From NCBI GenBank assembly GCA_963755025.1, contig CAVWIH010000021.1, positions 1-64,000 of the forward strand: a stretch of 64,000 nucleotides of DNA, in the 5' to 3' direction. The stretch's first letter is position 1, and every line of letters starts with the position of its first letter. The position numbers and the translations under genes are program-made. This DNA comes from an uncultured Actinomycetes bacterium. GTDB lineage: Bacteria > Actinomycetota > Thermoleophilia > UBA2241. Below are positions 39,188 through 49,804 of the stretch, piece by piece. A model generated the notes under the pieces. The model had not been told where the DNA came from, searched no databases, and worked only from the letters and a program-made list of their open reading frames with translations.

Positions 39188-40816
39188 GTGTTGCCCGATC
39201 CCGACACCAGCTACCGCGCCATGCAGAGCCACGACCCGCGCTTCGACGGCTGGTTCTTCGTGGGCGTCACGACGACCGGCATCTACTGCCGGCCGAGCTG
39301 CCCCGCGCGCACGCCGCAGCGCGAACACGTGCGCTTCTTCGCCACGGCGGCGGCCGCCCAGAGCGCCGGCTTTCGCGCCTGCCTGCGCTGCCGCCCCGAC
39401 GCGGTGCCCGGCTCGCCGCAGTGGAACCTGCGCGCCGACGCCGCCGGGCGCGCCATGCGCCTGATCGCCGACGGCGTCGTCGACCGCGAAGGCGTCGAAG
39501 GCCTCGCCCGGCGGCTCGCTTACAGCCCGCGCCACCTGCGGCGAGTGCTGCTCGATGAGCTCGGCGCTGGACCGCTCGATCTGGCGAGGGCCCAGCGCGC
39601 CCAGACCGCCCGCCTGCTGATCGAGACCACCGAGGTGCCCTTCAACGACGTCGCCTTCGCGGCCGGCTTTGCCAGCCTGCGGCAGTTCAACGACACCGTG
39701 CGCGCCGTCTTTGCCATGACGCCCACAGAGATCAGGCGGCGGGCGGAGAGGCGCCGGCCCGCCGGCGCCTCTGGGCCCGCCGCCGCTCGGGACGCCGTCG
39801 CGCGGCATCCCGCCGCACGGGCCGGCGCCGCGCAGGGCGCCGCCGCGCCGCAGGCCGCCGCCGGCGGGCCCGCCGCGCTGCTGCTGCGGCTGCCGCGCCG
39901 CGCGCCGTTCGACGGCGCGGCGCTGCTCGCCTTCTTGCGGGCCCGAGCGATCCCCGGCGTCGAAGAGGTCGAGGGCGATGCCTACCGGCGCAGCTTGGCG
40001 CTGCCCCACGGCGAGGGCGTCGCCGAGCTCACGAGCCGCGACGACCACGTCGAGTGCCGGCTGTGGCTGGCCGACCTGAGCGACCTGGCGGCCGCCGTGG
40101 GGCGCTGCCGCGCGCTCTACGACCTGGATGCCGACCCCGCGGCCATCGACGCCGTGCTCGGCGCCGACGCCGTGCTCGGCTCGCGCGTGGGCGCCGCGCC
40201 CGGCCGGCGCGTGCCTGGGGCCGTCGACGGCGCCGAGATCGCCGTGCGCACCGTGGTGGGCCAGCAGGTCTCGGTGGCCGGAGCGCGCGCCGTGCTCGGG
40301 CGCATGGCGGCCGCCCTGGGGCGGCCGCTGGACGCGCCGCGGGGCGCGCTGCGCGTCGCCTTTCCCACGGCCGAGGCGCTCGCCGCGGCCGACCCGGCAC
40401 TGCTGCCCATGACCACGGCGCGCCGAAGCACGGTGGTGGCCTTGGCCCAGGCGATCGCCGAGCGACGCCTCGAGGTGAGCGCGGCCGCCGAACGCGACGA
40501 GCTGCGGGCGCGGCTGCGGCTGCTGGCGGGGGTGGGCGAGTGGACCGTCGAGTGCATCATGATGCGCCTGGGCGACACCGACGCGTTCCCGGCAAGCGAC
40601 CTGGGCGTGCGCCGCGGGCTGCGGCTGCTGGGGCTGTCCGACGACCGCGCAAGCGTGGGCCGCCTGGCGGAGCCGTGGCGGCCCTGGCGCGCCTACGCCG
40701 TGCAGCACCTGTGGAGCGTGGGCGGCGCAGAGCCGCCGACGGAGCGACCGGTCGCGCGTCGGCGCGCCTCGACGCCGCCGATCGGACAGCACGGCGCCGT
40801 CCCACGCCGGGGCTGA
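39188..40816 (+). CDS. alkA: Ada-AlkA fusion (Ada Zn domain, AraC HTH, 3-methyladenine glycosylase II)
   Basis: TGIYCRPSC, GFRACLRC, FASLRQFN, GQQVSV, GVGEWT, DLG. Confidence 0.93.
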   Translation: MLPDPDTSYRAMQSHDPRFDGWFFVGVTTTGIYCRPSCPARTPQREHVRFFATAAAAQSAGFRACLRCRPDAVPGSPQWNLRADAAGRAMRLIADGVVDREGVEGLARRLAYSPRHLRRVLLDELGAGPLDLARAQRAQTARLLIETTEVPFNDVAFAAGFASLRQFNDTVRAVFAMTPTEIRRRAERRRPAGASGPAAARDAVARHPAARAGAAQGAAAPQAAAGGPAALLLRLPRRAPFDGAALLAFLRARAIPGVEEVEGDAYRRSLALPHGEGVAELTSRDDHVECRLWLADLSDLAAAVGRCRALYDLDADPAAIDAVLGADAVLGSRVGAAPGRRVPGAVDGAEIAVRTVVGQQVSVAGARAVLGRMAAALGRPLDAPRGALRVAFPTAEALAAADPALLPMTTARRSTVVALAQAIAERRLEVSAAAERDELRARLRLLAGVGEWTVECIMMRLGDTDAFPASDLGVRRGLRLLGLSDDRASVGRLAEPWRPWRAYAVQHLWSVGGAEPPTERPVARRRASTPPIGQHGAVPRRG

Positions 40817-40850
40817 AGAGCGGCCTCTCGAGCGCCGCCGCGCTCGCGCC

Positions 40851-40902
40851 GGGCGTGACGCGCCGCGCTGGGCGTGACGCGCCGCGCTGGGCGTGACGCG
40901 CC
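40851..40902. repeat. Tandem repeat GGGCGTGACGCGCCGCGCT, about 3 copies
   Basis: Directly visible between convergent genes. Confidence 0.8.
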
Positions 40903-40938
40903 CGTGCCGCCACAGCGCTCCCGAGCCGGGCGATGCGC

Positions 40939-41892
40939 TTAAGCCGCCGCCGGCTCGGCGAGGGTCGTCTCGAACCCCACGCGCCACGAGCGAAAGCAGG
41001 GCTCGAAACCGAGCTGCGCCTTGGCCCTGGCGTTGCTCGCGCCGCGCCGCTCGGTGGAGCGGTAGATGAACTCGTCGCGCCCCAGCACGCGCACGACGAA
41101 TGCCGGCACGTGACGCGGCGGCGGCGCGCCCAAGCGGGCTGCGTAAACGGGCAGCCACTCCGACTGAGGGGCGGGGTCGTCGTCGCAGATGTTGTAGACG
41201 CCGCTGCGCCCGCTCAGGGCGAGCGCCGTGGCGGCGGCGGCGTCGTCGACGTAGATGAACGAGGTCATGCCGGCGCCGCCGCCCACTATCGGCAAATGAC
41301 GGCGGCGCACGAGCTGGGCGAGCGCGCCGTCGGCCGCATACGCGGTGCCCGGTCCGTAGAAGACGCCGTACCGCAGGGCGACCCCCTCGATGGCCGACGC
41401 CCCGACCACGGTCTGCTCGAGGCTCTGGATGGCGGCGGCGTTGCGACGGCGCCCGGCCGGCGTCTCGGGGTCTACGTCGAGAGGCTGGTCTTCAGCCTTG
41501 ACCCAGTCGCCACGCGGCGCATAGGCGTGCGCGTAGCTCTGCGCGATCACGCGCCGCGCGCCCGCCGCCCGGGCGGCGTCGACCAGGTTGGCCACGCCGG
41601 TCGTGCGCAGCCGCACGTTACCGTCGAACTGCGTCTCGTCGCTCGGGGACAGCGTCCGCGGCAGGTCGCTGAGCTCACCGATCACTACCTCGGGCCGTTC
41701 GGCGGCGAGCAGGTCGTGGAGGCCCTCGCGGTCGAAGACATCGACCACCGCGCTCCGTACGCCCTGGCGGTCCAGGCCGGCGGCGCGCTCGGGCGACCGG
41801 CTCGTGCCGACCACCTCGTGACCGCCGGCCAGGAGCATCGGCGCCAAACTGCGGCCGATCACACCACAGGCCCCGATCAGCACGATCTTCAC
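40939..41892 (-). CDS. NAD-dependent epimerase/dehydratase
   Basis: GACGVIG, LRYG.FYGPG, YNICDDDP. Confidence 0.88.
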   Translation of the reverse strand: MKIVLIGACGVIGRSLAPMLLAGGHEVVGTSRSPERAAGLDRQGVRSAVVDVFDREGLHDLLAAERPEVVIGELSDLPRTLSPSDETQFDGNVRLRTTGVANLVDAARAAGARRVIAQSYAHAYAPRGDWVKAEDQPLDVDPETPAGRRRNAAAIQSLEQTVVGASAIEGVALRYGVFYGPGTAYAADGALAQLVRRRHLPIVGGGAGMTSFIYVDDAAAATALALSGRSGVYNICDDDPAPQSEWLPVYAARLGAPPPRHVPAFVVRVLGRDEFIYRSTERRGASNARAKAQLGFEPCFRSWRVGFETTLAEPAAA

Positions 41893-41951
41893 TGTCGTCC
41901 CTCGTTCACCGACGTCCTTCGGCTCTCGGGCAAGGCGGGCGGCCGGCGCAC

Positions 41952-42815
41952 CTAGGCGGCTTTCACCTGCAGCGCGCCGATCTGCTCGACCTCGCGCGCC
42001 GAGAGCTTGATCTGCGCCGCCGCGACATTCTGCGCGAGGTGCGACGTGGAACCAGTGCCGGGGATCGGCAGCATCACCGGCGAACGGGCGAGCAGCCAGG
42101 CGATGACGATCTGGAAGGACGTCGCGCCGTGGCGGCGAGCGACGTCGTCGACGACGTCGTGGTCGACGTTGCCCTGGCCGATGGGGGCCCACGGCAAAAA
42201 GGCGATGCCCTCGCGCTCGCAGACGTCGAGCACATCGTCGGAGCGCCGGTCGAGCGGGTTGTAGCGGTTCTGTACCGCGACGACCTCGGTCAGCTTACGG
42301 GCGCGGCGCAACTCGTCGCGGCTTACGTTGGAGACGCCGATGTGGCGGATCTTGCCCTCGGCCTTGAGCTCGACCAGGGCGCCGACCGACTCCTCGTAAG
42401 GCACCTGCGGGTCGGGGCGATGGAGCTGGTACAGGTCGATGCGCTCGAGGCGCAGGGCGCGCAGGCTGCCCTCGATGGCCTCGCGCAGGTGCTCCGGGCG
42501 GCCGTCGGGCGGCCACTCCCCGGGGCCGGTGCGTAGCAGGCCGCCCTTGGTGGCGATGACGAGGCCCTCGGGGTACGGGTAGAGCGCCTCGGCGATGAGC
42601 TCCTCACTGACCCGCGGACCGTAGCTGTCGGCCGTGTCGATGAAGTCGATGCCGAGCGCCACGGCGCGCTGCAGCACGCGCTTGGCCTCGTCGCGATCGG
42701 GGGGATCGCCCATGATGCCCCGCCCGGTGATGCGCATGGCGCCAAAGCCGAGGCGGGTGACGGTAAGGTCGCCGCCCAAGGTGATCGTGCCGGCGACGGC
42801 GGAGAGGTCGTTCAT
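41952..42815 (-). CDS. Aldo/keto reductase
   Basis: LGFGAM, DTADSYGP, IATKGG, IDLYQLH, PIPGT. Confidence 0.93.
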   Translation of the reverse strand: MNDLSAVAGTITLGGDLTVTRLGFGAMRITGRGIMGDPPDRDEAKRVLQRAVALGIDFIDTADSYGPRVSEELIAEALYPYPEGLVIATKGGLLRTGPGEWPPDGRPEHLREAIEGSLRALRLERIDLYQLHRPDPQVPYEESVGALVELKAEGKIRHIGVSNVSRDELRRARKLTEVVAVQNRYNPLDRRSDDVLDVCEREGIAFLPWAPIGQGNVDHDVVDDVARRHGATSFQIVIAWLLARSPVMLPIPGTGSTSHLAQNVAAAQIKLSAREVEQIGALQVKAA

Positions 42816-42855
42816 CTCATCTGTCCTTGTCGTTCGTTTGTCCGCTTACTCTGGC

Positions 42856-43746
42856 TTATGCCCGAAAACGGGCGGCGGGCACGAACGCCCAGCCATAGTC
42901 GCGCGCAAACTGGCCGAAGCCGATCGGCGGACGGCCGGTGAGCCGCTCGACGTCGCTGGTGACGACCGCCAGGCGTCCGGCGCGCATCTCGGCGCCGAAC
43001 TCGTGCAGCGCCTCGCTGACCGCGCGCTCGTCGGCGCTCGCGGGCTCACGACCGGAGTCTTCGGGCTCGTCGCGGTAGGCGATCGGCCGGCCGGTGACCT
43101 CGGTGAGCACCGCCGCCATCTGCGCGCCGGTGAGCGCCTCGGGGCCGGTGAGCGTGAAGACGTCGGCGTCGACCTCGTCGATCAGGGCGGCCGTGGCGGC
43201 AGCGGCGATGTCGCGCACGTCGACGCTGCTCATGGCGGCCGTGCCCAGCGGCAGGCGGAAGCTGTCGTCGCCGCGGATGGAGGGACCGTAGATCGTCACG
43301 AAGTTCTGCATGAACGAGTTGGGCCGCAGCAGGGTGTAGGCGAGGCCCGACCCGACGACGAGCGCTTCGGCCTCGCGGTGCCAGCGGCTGAGCGTGTCGC
43401 GCCCGCCGTCGGCGCAACACAGCGACTGGCGCACGATGCGCTGCACCCCGCACTCGCGGGCCGCCTCGACGGCGGCCTGCACCTGGGCCACCATCTGCGG
43501 CACCTGAGGAGTCAGCAGGTAGAGCGCCTCGACGTCTTGCAGCGCCGCGCGCAGGCTCTCGGGAGCGGCGAAGTCGATCGCCACGCGGTCGATGTCGAGG
43601 TCTTCTTCGGGCACCAGATCGTCGCGCCGGTGCACGCCGGCCCGCACCAGAGCGCCGGCGCTCACAAGCATGGCCACGAGCTCGCGCCCCACGGCGCCGC
43701 CCGCGCCCGTCACGAGCACGCGGCCCGACGGCGGCTCGTCGCTCAC
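42856..43746 (-). CDS. NmrA-like atypical SDR oxidoreductase
   Basis: VLVTGAGGAVG, LRPNSFMQN, VDVRDIA, LTGPEALT. Confidence 0.85.
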   Translation of the reverse strand: MSDEPPSGRVLVTGAGGAVGRELVAMLVSAGALVRAGVHRRDDLVPEEDLDIDRVAIDFAAPESLRAALQDVEALYLLTPQVPQMVAQVQAAVEAARECGVQRIVRQSLCCADGGRDTLSRWHREAEALVVGSGLAYTLLRPNSFMQNFVTIYGPSIRGDDSFRLPLGTAAMSSVDVRDIAAAATAALIDEVDADVFTLTGPEALTGAQMAAVLTEVTGRPIAYRDEPEDSGREPASADERAVSEALHEFGAEMRAGRLAVVTSDVERLTGRPPIGFGQFARDYGWAFVPAARFRA

Positions 43747-43796
43747 GCTGACGCTGTCGGGAGCCCGTCCATGAGCGACGTTGTACCCGCCGCGCG

Positions 43797-44375
43797 CTAC
43801 GCTCTCTCGAACATCGTCGTTCGGCTCAACCGTACGTGCGGCGTCGAGGTGGGCCGCAGGCCGGCCGCCACCGCCAGGTCGACGGTCGCGGCGAAGGCGC
43901 GCGTCGACACGTGACCGCGAGGCTCGACGAGCAAGAAGCGGCCGCCGGGCTTGAGCGCGGCCGCGACCTCGCCCAGAAAGCGCGCCACGTCGGGCACCTC
44001 GTGGACCATCCAGAAGGCCAGCGCGGCGTCGGCGGGCGGAAGCTCGCCCACGGTGTCGGTCGCGCAAGGTCGCAGCGTGATGCGCTCGGCAAGCCCGGCG
44101 GCGCAGGCGCGCTGGTGCACCCGTTTGAGCATGGCTGCCTGCAGGTCGACGGCCACGACGCGACCCTCGGGACCGACCATCTCGGCCAGCGGCAGGGTGA
44201 AGTAGCCCGGTCCACAGCCGAAGTCGACGGCCGTCTCGCCGGGAGCCGCGAGCCCCGCCAGCACGCGCCGCGGGTTGTGGAACAGCCGGCGCAGCGGGGT
44301 GGCCAGCCAGCCGGCGTGCTCCGCCGAGCAGACGCCGCCGCCGCCCGCCGCCGCCTGCCCGACCGCGGGCGTCAC
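43797..44375 (-). CDS. Class I SAM-dependent methyltransferase
   Basis: DFGCGPG, AVDLQ, FWMVHEVPD, LKPGG; GTGA coupling to the MFS gene. Confidence 0.88.
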   Translation of the reverse strand: MTPAVGQAAAGGGGVCSAEHAGWLATPLRRLFHNPRRVLAGLAAPGETAVDFGCGPGYFTLPLAEMVGPEGRVVAVDLQAAMLKRVHQRACAAGLAERITLRPCATDTVGELPPADAALAFWMVHEVPDVARFLGEVAAALKPGGRFLLVEPRGHVSTRAFAATVDLAVAAGLRPTSTPHVRLSRTTMFERA

Positions 44376-45992
44376 GGCCGCATCTCGGCCGGCGCGGACG
44401 CAGCGTCGTCGTCGAGCGTGACGTTCTCGACCTGCTGCGCCACCGCCTCGCGCGCGGCCACGTGGCGCGGCGCGGTGCGGCGGATCGTGAGAAAGGCGAT
44501 GGGCGCGCCGGCGAGCATCATGAGGCCGCTCACCCAGAGCGCCAGGTGCATGCCCGAGGTGAAGCCCATGGCGAAGGCGTTGCCCACGGTGCGCTGAATG
44601 GCGGCCGCGTCGAGACCGGGCGGCAGCTTGCCCGTCGCTGCGCTGCGCCCCTCTTTGGCCATGGTCATGATGGCGTTGCCCACGGCGGCCGGCAGGCGCA
44701 GCGTGCGCAGGGCGGTCACCATCTGGTCGGTGAAGCGCCGCGTGACGAGCGTGCCGAGCACGGCGATGCCGAACACGCTGCCCACCTGGCGCATGGTGTT
44801 CGAGGTCGCCGAGGCCATGCCGGCGCGCGCCGCCGGCACGGTGCCCATGATCGCCGTGGTCATGGGGCTCATGATCAGGCCGTTGCCCACGCCCATGACC
44901 AGCAGCCAGTACCAGAACGAGGCGTAGCCGGTGTCGGGCTGCACCGAGGTCAGACAGAGCAGCGCCGTGCCCGTCATGCAGCAGGCCGACGGTGATCGGC
45001 AGGCGAGCGCCGATGCGCCCGACGATGCGCCCCGAGAGGATCGCCGCCGCCATGATGCCCAGTGTGGCGGGGAGCTGCAGCGCGCCGGCCTGGGTCGGCG
45101 AGTAGCCCTGCACCTCCTGCATGAACAGCGAGAGGAAGAAGATCACGCCGAAGAAGGCGAAGCTCACGATCACGCCGACCAGGTTGGCGCCGGCGAACGT
45201 GCCGTTGCGAAAGAACTTGAGCTGCAGCAGCGGCGTCTTGCCGCGCAGCTCGACGACGATGAACAGGCTGAGGGCGATCGCCGAGACGACGAAGCACGAG
45301 ACGATGCGCGCCGATGTCCAGCCGTAGCTGTTGGCCTCGATGAAGGCGTAGGTGAGCGCTACCAGGCCGATGACCGCGGTGACCTGGCCGACGAGGTCGA
45401 GGTCGCGCCCGGCGCGGTCCGACGACTCGGGCACGAACAGCAGCGCCATGACGAGGGCCACAACGCCGATGGGCACGTTGATCCAGAAGATGCTCTGCCA
45501 GTCGAAGCGGTCGACCAGAGAGCCGCCGATCAGCGGGCCCACGGCCAGGGCGAGGCCCGAGATGCCGGCCCACATGCCGATCGCCCGGGCGCGCTCGCGA
45601 GGGTCGGGGAAGGTGTTGGTGAGGATCGACAGCGTGCTCGGCAGCATGAGGGCGCCGCCGATGCCCTGCACCACGCGCGAGCCGATCAGGAACGACGTCG
45701 AGGGCGCCAGAGCGCAGAGCACCGAGCCGCCGGTGAACAGCGCGAGGCCGGCGATGAACGCGCTGCGGCGGCCGAACAGGTCGCCCAGCGTGCCGCCGGT
45801 GAGCAGCAGGCTGGCCAGCGCCAGCACGAAGGCGTCGACGATCCACTGCACCTCGGAGAAGCTCGCGCCCATCTTCACCTGGATGGTCTTCAGGGCGAGG
45901 TTCACGACGGTGCTGTCGAGCATCACCATGAACAGGGCGAAGCACATGCAGGCCAGGGTGAGCCGTTTTCTGCGTCGCAGGCTGCCGGTCAT
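44372..45992 (-). CDS. DHA2 (EmrB/QacA) MFS efflux transporter (frameshift near 44980)
   Basis: LDSTVVNLAL, GTLGDLFGRR, IFWINVPIG, RQVG. Confidence 0.92.
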
Positions 45993-46140
45993 TGCTCCCT
46001 CCGTGATGGCGGTGTCGGCGGCAACGCGCGCGGTCGTGGCGACGCCGTCGTTTGCCGGTGCGCCCGCGGTCGTGGCGGCGCCGTCGCTTGCGGGTGCGCG
46101 CCCGCGGTCGTCGTGGCGCCGTCGTTTGCGCCGGCCCCGG

Positions 46141-46824
46141 TCACTGGGGCGCCGACCATTCGCTCTTGAGGCCGTTGACGAAAGCGCGCAGCAAACGGCG
46201 CTGCTGGGCGCGCAGGCGGGCGGCCGTCGTGGGCCGCTGGCGCTGCTCGAGCGTGGCGAGCCCCTGGGCCAGGGCCCAGGCGCCGTAGGTCATGAACTCG
46301 GCGTCCTGCGGCTCGGGCATGGTGAACAGGCCCTCGGCGGCGCCTTCGCGAAAGACGCCCATCACCGTCGCTTCGAGCTCGTCGTGCTCGGGCGAGTGGG
46401 GACCCACGGCGACCGACTCGTGCATGGTGACGATAGCCACGTCGGCCGGGTTGTGGCGTGCGAACTCGAGGTACGCCATGCCGATCTCGACGGCGCGCTC
46501 GTCGGGCGGCAGCCCCACCGGTACGGCGGCCAGGGCGTCGAGCAGTGCGCCCATGGCGCGGTCGGCGAGCGCCTTGACCACGTCGTCTTTGTTGTCGAAG
46601 TACTTGTAGAGGGCGCCGGGCGAAAAGCCGGCGCGGCGCGCGATCTCGCGCAACGAGAGGTCGGCCGCACCGCGCTCGAGCAGCACTTCGCGAGCCGCTT
46701 CGAGGATCTCGTCGCGGGTCTCGCGGTGGCGCCGCGCGCGGCGCGCGACGAAGCGATCGGCGGGGTCGACGGGGGCCTCGCAGCGGCGCTGGCGCCCGCC
46801 CTCCCCATGGTGTTCGGCTCTCAT
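46141..46824 (-). CDS. TetR family regulator
   Basis: ILEAA...LSLREIARRAGFSPGALYKYF. Confidence 0.92.
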   Translation of the reverse strand: MRAEHHGEGGRQRRCEAPVDPADRFVARRARRHRETRDEILEAAREVLLERGAADLSLREIARRAGFSPGALYKYFDNKDDVVKALADRAMGALLDALAAVPVGLPPDERAVEIGMAYLEFARHNPADVAIVTMHESVAVGPHSPEHDELEATVMGVFREGAAEGLFTMPEPQDAEFMTYGAWALAQGLATLEQRQRPTTAARLRAQQRRLLRAFVNGLKSEWSAPQ

Positions 46825-46911
46825 ATCGTCGCCTCGCCTGTGGTTGTGACCGCGCCCGATCGGGGGTCCGGATCGTAAACGGTGCTCTCGATCGCGAACA
46901 TCGTACCGGAT

Positions 46912-46928
46912 AGTGAACGGTGTTCACT
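46912..46928. promoter_or_regulatory. TetR operator palindrome
   Basis: AGTGAAC-GGT-GTTCACT upstream of tetR. Confidence 0.75.
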
Positions 46929-47092
46929 TTACGGACTGAACCAGGGCGCGTCAAGCGTCGGCGCACAGGCGCCGTCGTCGACGCGTGGAAGGGCTGCCTG
47001 GTGAAGCGCTCGGCCCCAGCTCAACGCCTCGACGCTGCGCCGCAAGAGGAAGACTTCTCTCGCCAGTACCGCGCATCGGAGGTCGTAGTCAC

Positions 47093-47479
47093 ATGAAACG
47101 AGTCACCGGCATCGGCGGCGTCTTTTTCAAGGCCAAGGACGCCCCCTCGCTGCAAGCCTGGTACAAGCGGCACCTGGGGATCGACGTCCAGGTCTGGGGC
47201 GGCGCCGCCTTCACCTGGACCGACGCCGAGGGCAAGCCGATCGCAGGTACGACGGTCTGGTCCATCGGACCGCAAGAGGACGATCGCTTTGCGCCAAGCT
47301 CTGCTTCGTTCATGGTCAACTACCGGGTGGACGACCTCCACGCCCTGGTCGAAGTCTTGAAGGAAGAAGGCTGCACTGTGCTCGAGACGATCGACGAATC
47401 CGAGTTCGGCAAGTTCGCCTGGGTCATCGATCCAGAGGGGAACAAGGTCGAACTGTGGCAGCCGCCGCCGGGCCAGTGA
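47093..47479 (+). CDS. VOC/glyoxalase family protein
   Basis: RVTGIGGVFFK, NYRVDDL, DPEGNKVELWQP. Confidence 0.92.
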   Translation: MKRVTGIGGVFFKAKDAPSLQAWYKRHLGIDVQVWGGAAFTWTDAEGKPIAGTTVWSIGPQEDDRFAPSSASFMVNYRVDDLHALVEVLKEEGCTVLETIDESEFGKFAWVIDPEGNKVELWQPPPGQ

Positions 47480-47554
47480 GAGGACCGCGAACGCCTCCGG
47501 CCCGCGAGTAGTACGGTTACAGCTTCGTCCCTCACGACAGTCCCGGAGGTTCTG

Positions 47555-47932
47555 GTGACAGACAAGACCGTTGCTCAGAAGGCACGCGTGAGGCCAGGCA
47601 CCACGATCGCGGTACTCAATCGGGTCGCCGGCGTGGTCGAGTCGCTGGGACTCCCCGAAGATGCGACGTTCGTCGAGCCCACCGATGCACACCTCGTGTT
47701 CTTGTTCGTCAGCAGCCGCGACGAGCTCGAGGCGCAGATGCCCCCGGCGGTGGCGGCGCTCGCCCCTGGGGCGGCGATCTGGGTCTTCTTCCGTAAGGGG
47801 TCCAAGACCGCCGGCCTCGACATGAACCGTGACACCGTCTGGGGTGTCGCCGAGCGGCTCGACCTTCGGCCCCTCGGCCTGTTAGGGGTCGACGACACCT
47901 GGTCTGCGTTTCGGCTGCGCCGCGCTCAGTAG
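47555..47932 (+). CDS. Conserved hypothetical protein (DUF3052-like)
   Basis: WV..RKG, DMNRD, VDDTWSAFRLR. Confidence 0.75.
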   Translation: MTDKTVAQKARVRPGTTIAVLNRVAGVVESLGLPEDATFVEPTDAHLVFLFVSSRDELEAQMPPAVAALAPGAAIWVFFRKGSKTAGLDMNRDTVWGVAERLDLRPLGLLGVDDTWSAFRLRRAQ

Positions 47933-47958
47933 CAGGCCAGGCACGGCCTCAGGATTTC

Positions 47959-48049
47959 GCCGAACAAGCGAACCGAACAGAGCGGCCGGCAGTATGATGG
48001 AGCTCGGAGCCGCGCTTGGTTCGTGCAGCTCCCAGGCAACACGTTGGGC
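47959..48049 (+). mobile_element. Integron attC-like recombination site (degenerate)
   Basis: Starts GCCGAAC (RYYYAAC-like) and ends GTTGGGC (GTTRRRY); 91 bp with imperfect internal dyad; 27 bp after a stop codon. Confidence 0.55.
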
Positions 48050-48349
48050 CGGCGGCGACGTGGATGGTGAACGACGGGTTCTCGGGCTCTGGATCGTGGG
48101 CTGGCTCGCCATCGGCGCCCTCGACCTGGGACTCGGACTCAACAACGCCGCGCCCCACGAGATCCTGACCCTGGCCGGTGCTCGGCCCTGGGCCGGGCCT
48201 CGCGACGATTGAGGTCACCGCACGGCGGCTCTGGAGCCGAACCCCTGCGAGCCGTTTTGCCCCTTGCCCTTTGCCGGTCATCCCCTCAGGGTGGGAACGG
48301 CAGCCCGCGCCGGTCACGCGCGGCACGCCGGACAGAAACAGGAGCGCAA

Positions 48350-49468
48350 ATGAGCGTCCGCCGAAGTCTGTGGTTCCTCGCCATCGCGGGCTTGGCCGCG
48401 GCAAGCCTGGCGGCCTGCGGCTCCCACACGAGTGACCCAAGCGCCGTCCTCACCCCGGGGCCCACGCCGGCGGCGCGCCCTGGCGCCTTCGTCTGGGTCG
48501 TCGGCTATCCCACCCTCGTAATCGGCAGCGCGAACGGCGGCGCCACCTGGCAGGTACGTCACCGCCACGCGAGCGACGACATCGTGAGTGACAGCCTTTT
48601 CGCGGTCGCCTTCGGTGACGCGACCCACGGCTGGGCCGTGCGGCGCGCCGCTGGCAGCCTGGTGGCCACGGTGCTGACGACCTCGAACGCAGGCAGGACC
48701 TGGCGCTGGCAGTACCCGGCGCCGAAGCGTGGTGAGCTCCTGTCGGTGGCGGCGACCGACGCGACGCACGCCTGGGCAGCGGGCTACCAGGGCGACCTTC
48801 GCCGCAACGGCCTGATGATCGCGACCAGCGACGGCGGCAAGACCTGGACGCGGCAGCGCCTGCCCGCCGGCTTCGTGCCTCTCGGGGTTGCCTTCGCCGA
48901 TGCGCTCCACGGCTGGGCCGTGGCCGACGAGGCCGACAACGACTTCAGCTCCAACGTCCGTTACTGCGTCCTCTCGACCACGGACGGAGGCGCGCACTGG
49001 CGCATCAGTTACGCGAGCGGCTCGGGGGTCACCCTCAACGCCCTCACCGCGGTCGGGCCACGGCGCTGCTGGGCGGTCGGGTACGCGGAGGGCCGGCATT
49101 GCGGGCTTGTGGTGCGCACTACCGACGGCGGCCTCCAGTGGAGCGTGCAGCGCCCGATCCTGCATCAGAACCTCAAGGCCGTCTCGTTCCCCGATGCCCG
49201 GAACGGCTGGGCGGTCGGCTCCGGCGGCACCGTCCTCGTGACCCACGACGGCGGCGCGAGCTGGTCGCCGCAGCGCTCCGGCGTGGGCATGCCGCTCAAC
49301 GAAGTCTCGTTCAGCGACCCCCTGCACGGCTGGGCGCTCATCAGCGACAGGGCGCTCCTCGGCACGGTCAATGGCGGCGCGTCGTGGTCGGTGGTCCGGC
49401 CCATGGGCACCTGGAACCTGCTGCTCGGTCTCGCCACCGTCGACTCGCGGTCGGGCGCCCCTCAATGA
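48350..49468 (+). CDS. YCF48/BNR-repeat beta-propeller lipoprotein
   Basis: Lipobox LAAC; repeated T.DGG.TW Asp-boxes and F.D..HGWAVG. Confidence 0.85.
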   Translation: MSVRRSLWFLAIAGLAAASLAACGSHTSDPSAVLTPGPTPAARPGAFVWVVGYPTLVIGSANGGATWQVRHRHASDDIVSDSLFAVAFGDATHGWAVRRAAGSLVATVLTTSNAGRTWRWQYPAPKRGELLSVAATDATHAWAAGYQGDLRRNGLMIATSDGGKTWTRQRLPAGFVPLGVAFADALHGWAVADEADNDFSSNVRYCVLSTTDGGAHWRISYASGSGVTLNALTAVGPRRCWAVGYAEGRHCGLVVRTTDGGLQWSVQRPILHQNLKAVSFPDARNGWAVGSGGTVLVTHDGGASWSPQRSGVGMPLNEVSFSDPLHGWALISDRALLGTVNGGASWSVVRPMGTWNLLLGLATVDSRSGAPQ

Positions 49469-49509
49469 GCCATCTGTCCGGCAAGCGGAACTGCTGCCGG
49501 AGGCCCGGC

Positions 49510-49740
49510 ATCTTTGGTGAACATCGGCATCGTGCTCGTGTTTGCCGCCTTCTACTTGCGATTTCTCAAGGGCCGGTGAGCCGCATGCCCCGGCGACTCT
49601 CGTGACCGTGCCGGCATACGATCGGGGCTCCTGGGAGCAGCTCTGGTCGCAGACCCTGCGCGAGCACGCCGACCACGTCGCGCGCCGTCCACCCAACGCA
49701 CAGCTCGTGACCGAGGCTGCCGACCTGCCGCCGGGCGGCG
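49510..49740 (+). pseudogene. Gene fragments including a methyltransferase-like N-terminus
   Basis: WEQLW...PNAQLVTEAADLPPG breaks off before the SAM-binding motif. Confidence 0.45.
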
Positions 49741-49804
49741 GACCAGGGGCGACCGACACACGCATCGACCCGATGCCCCACGGTCTTCGTAGCAAGCTGA
49801 GACC

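Noticed and set aside
43797-45992. MFS-methyltransferase fusion (731 aa ORF)
   Set aside because: Artefact of the frameshift near 44980; these are two coupled genes.
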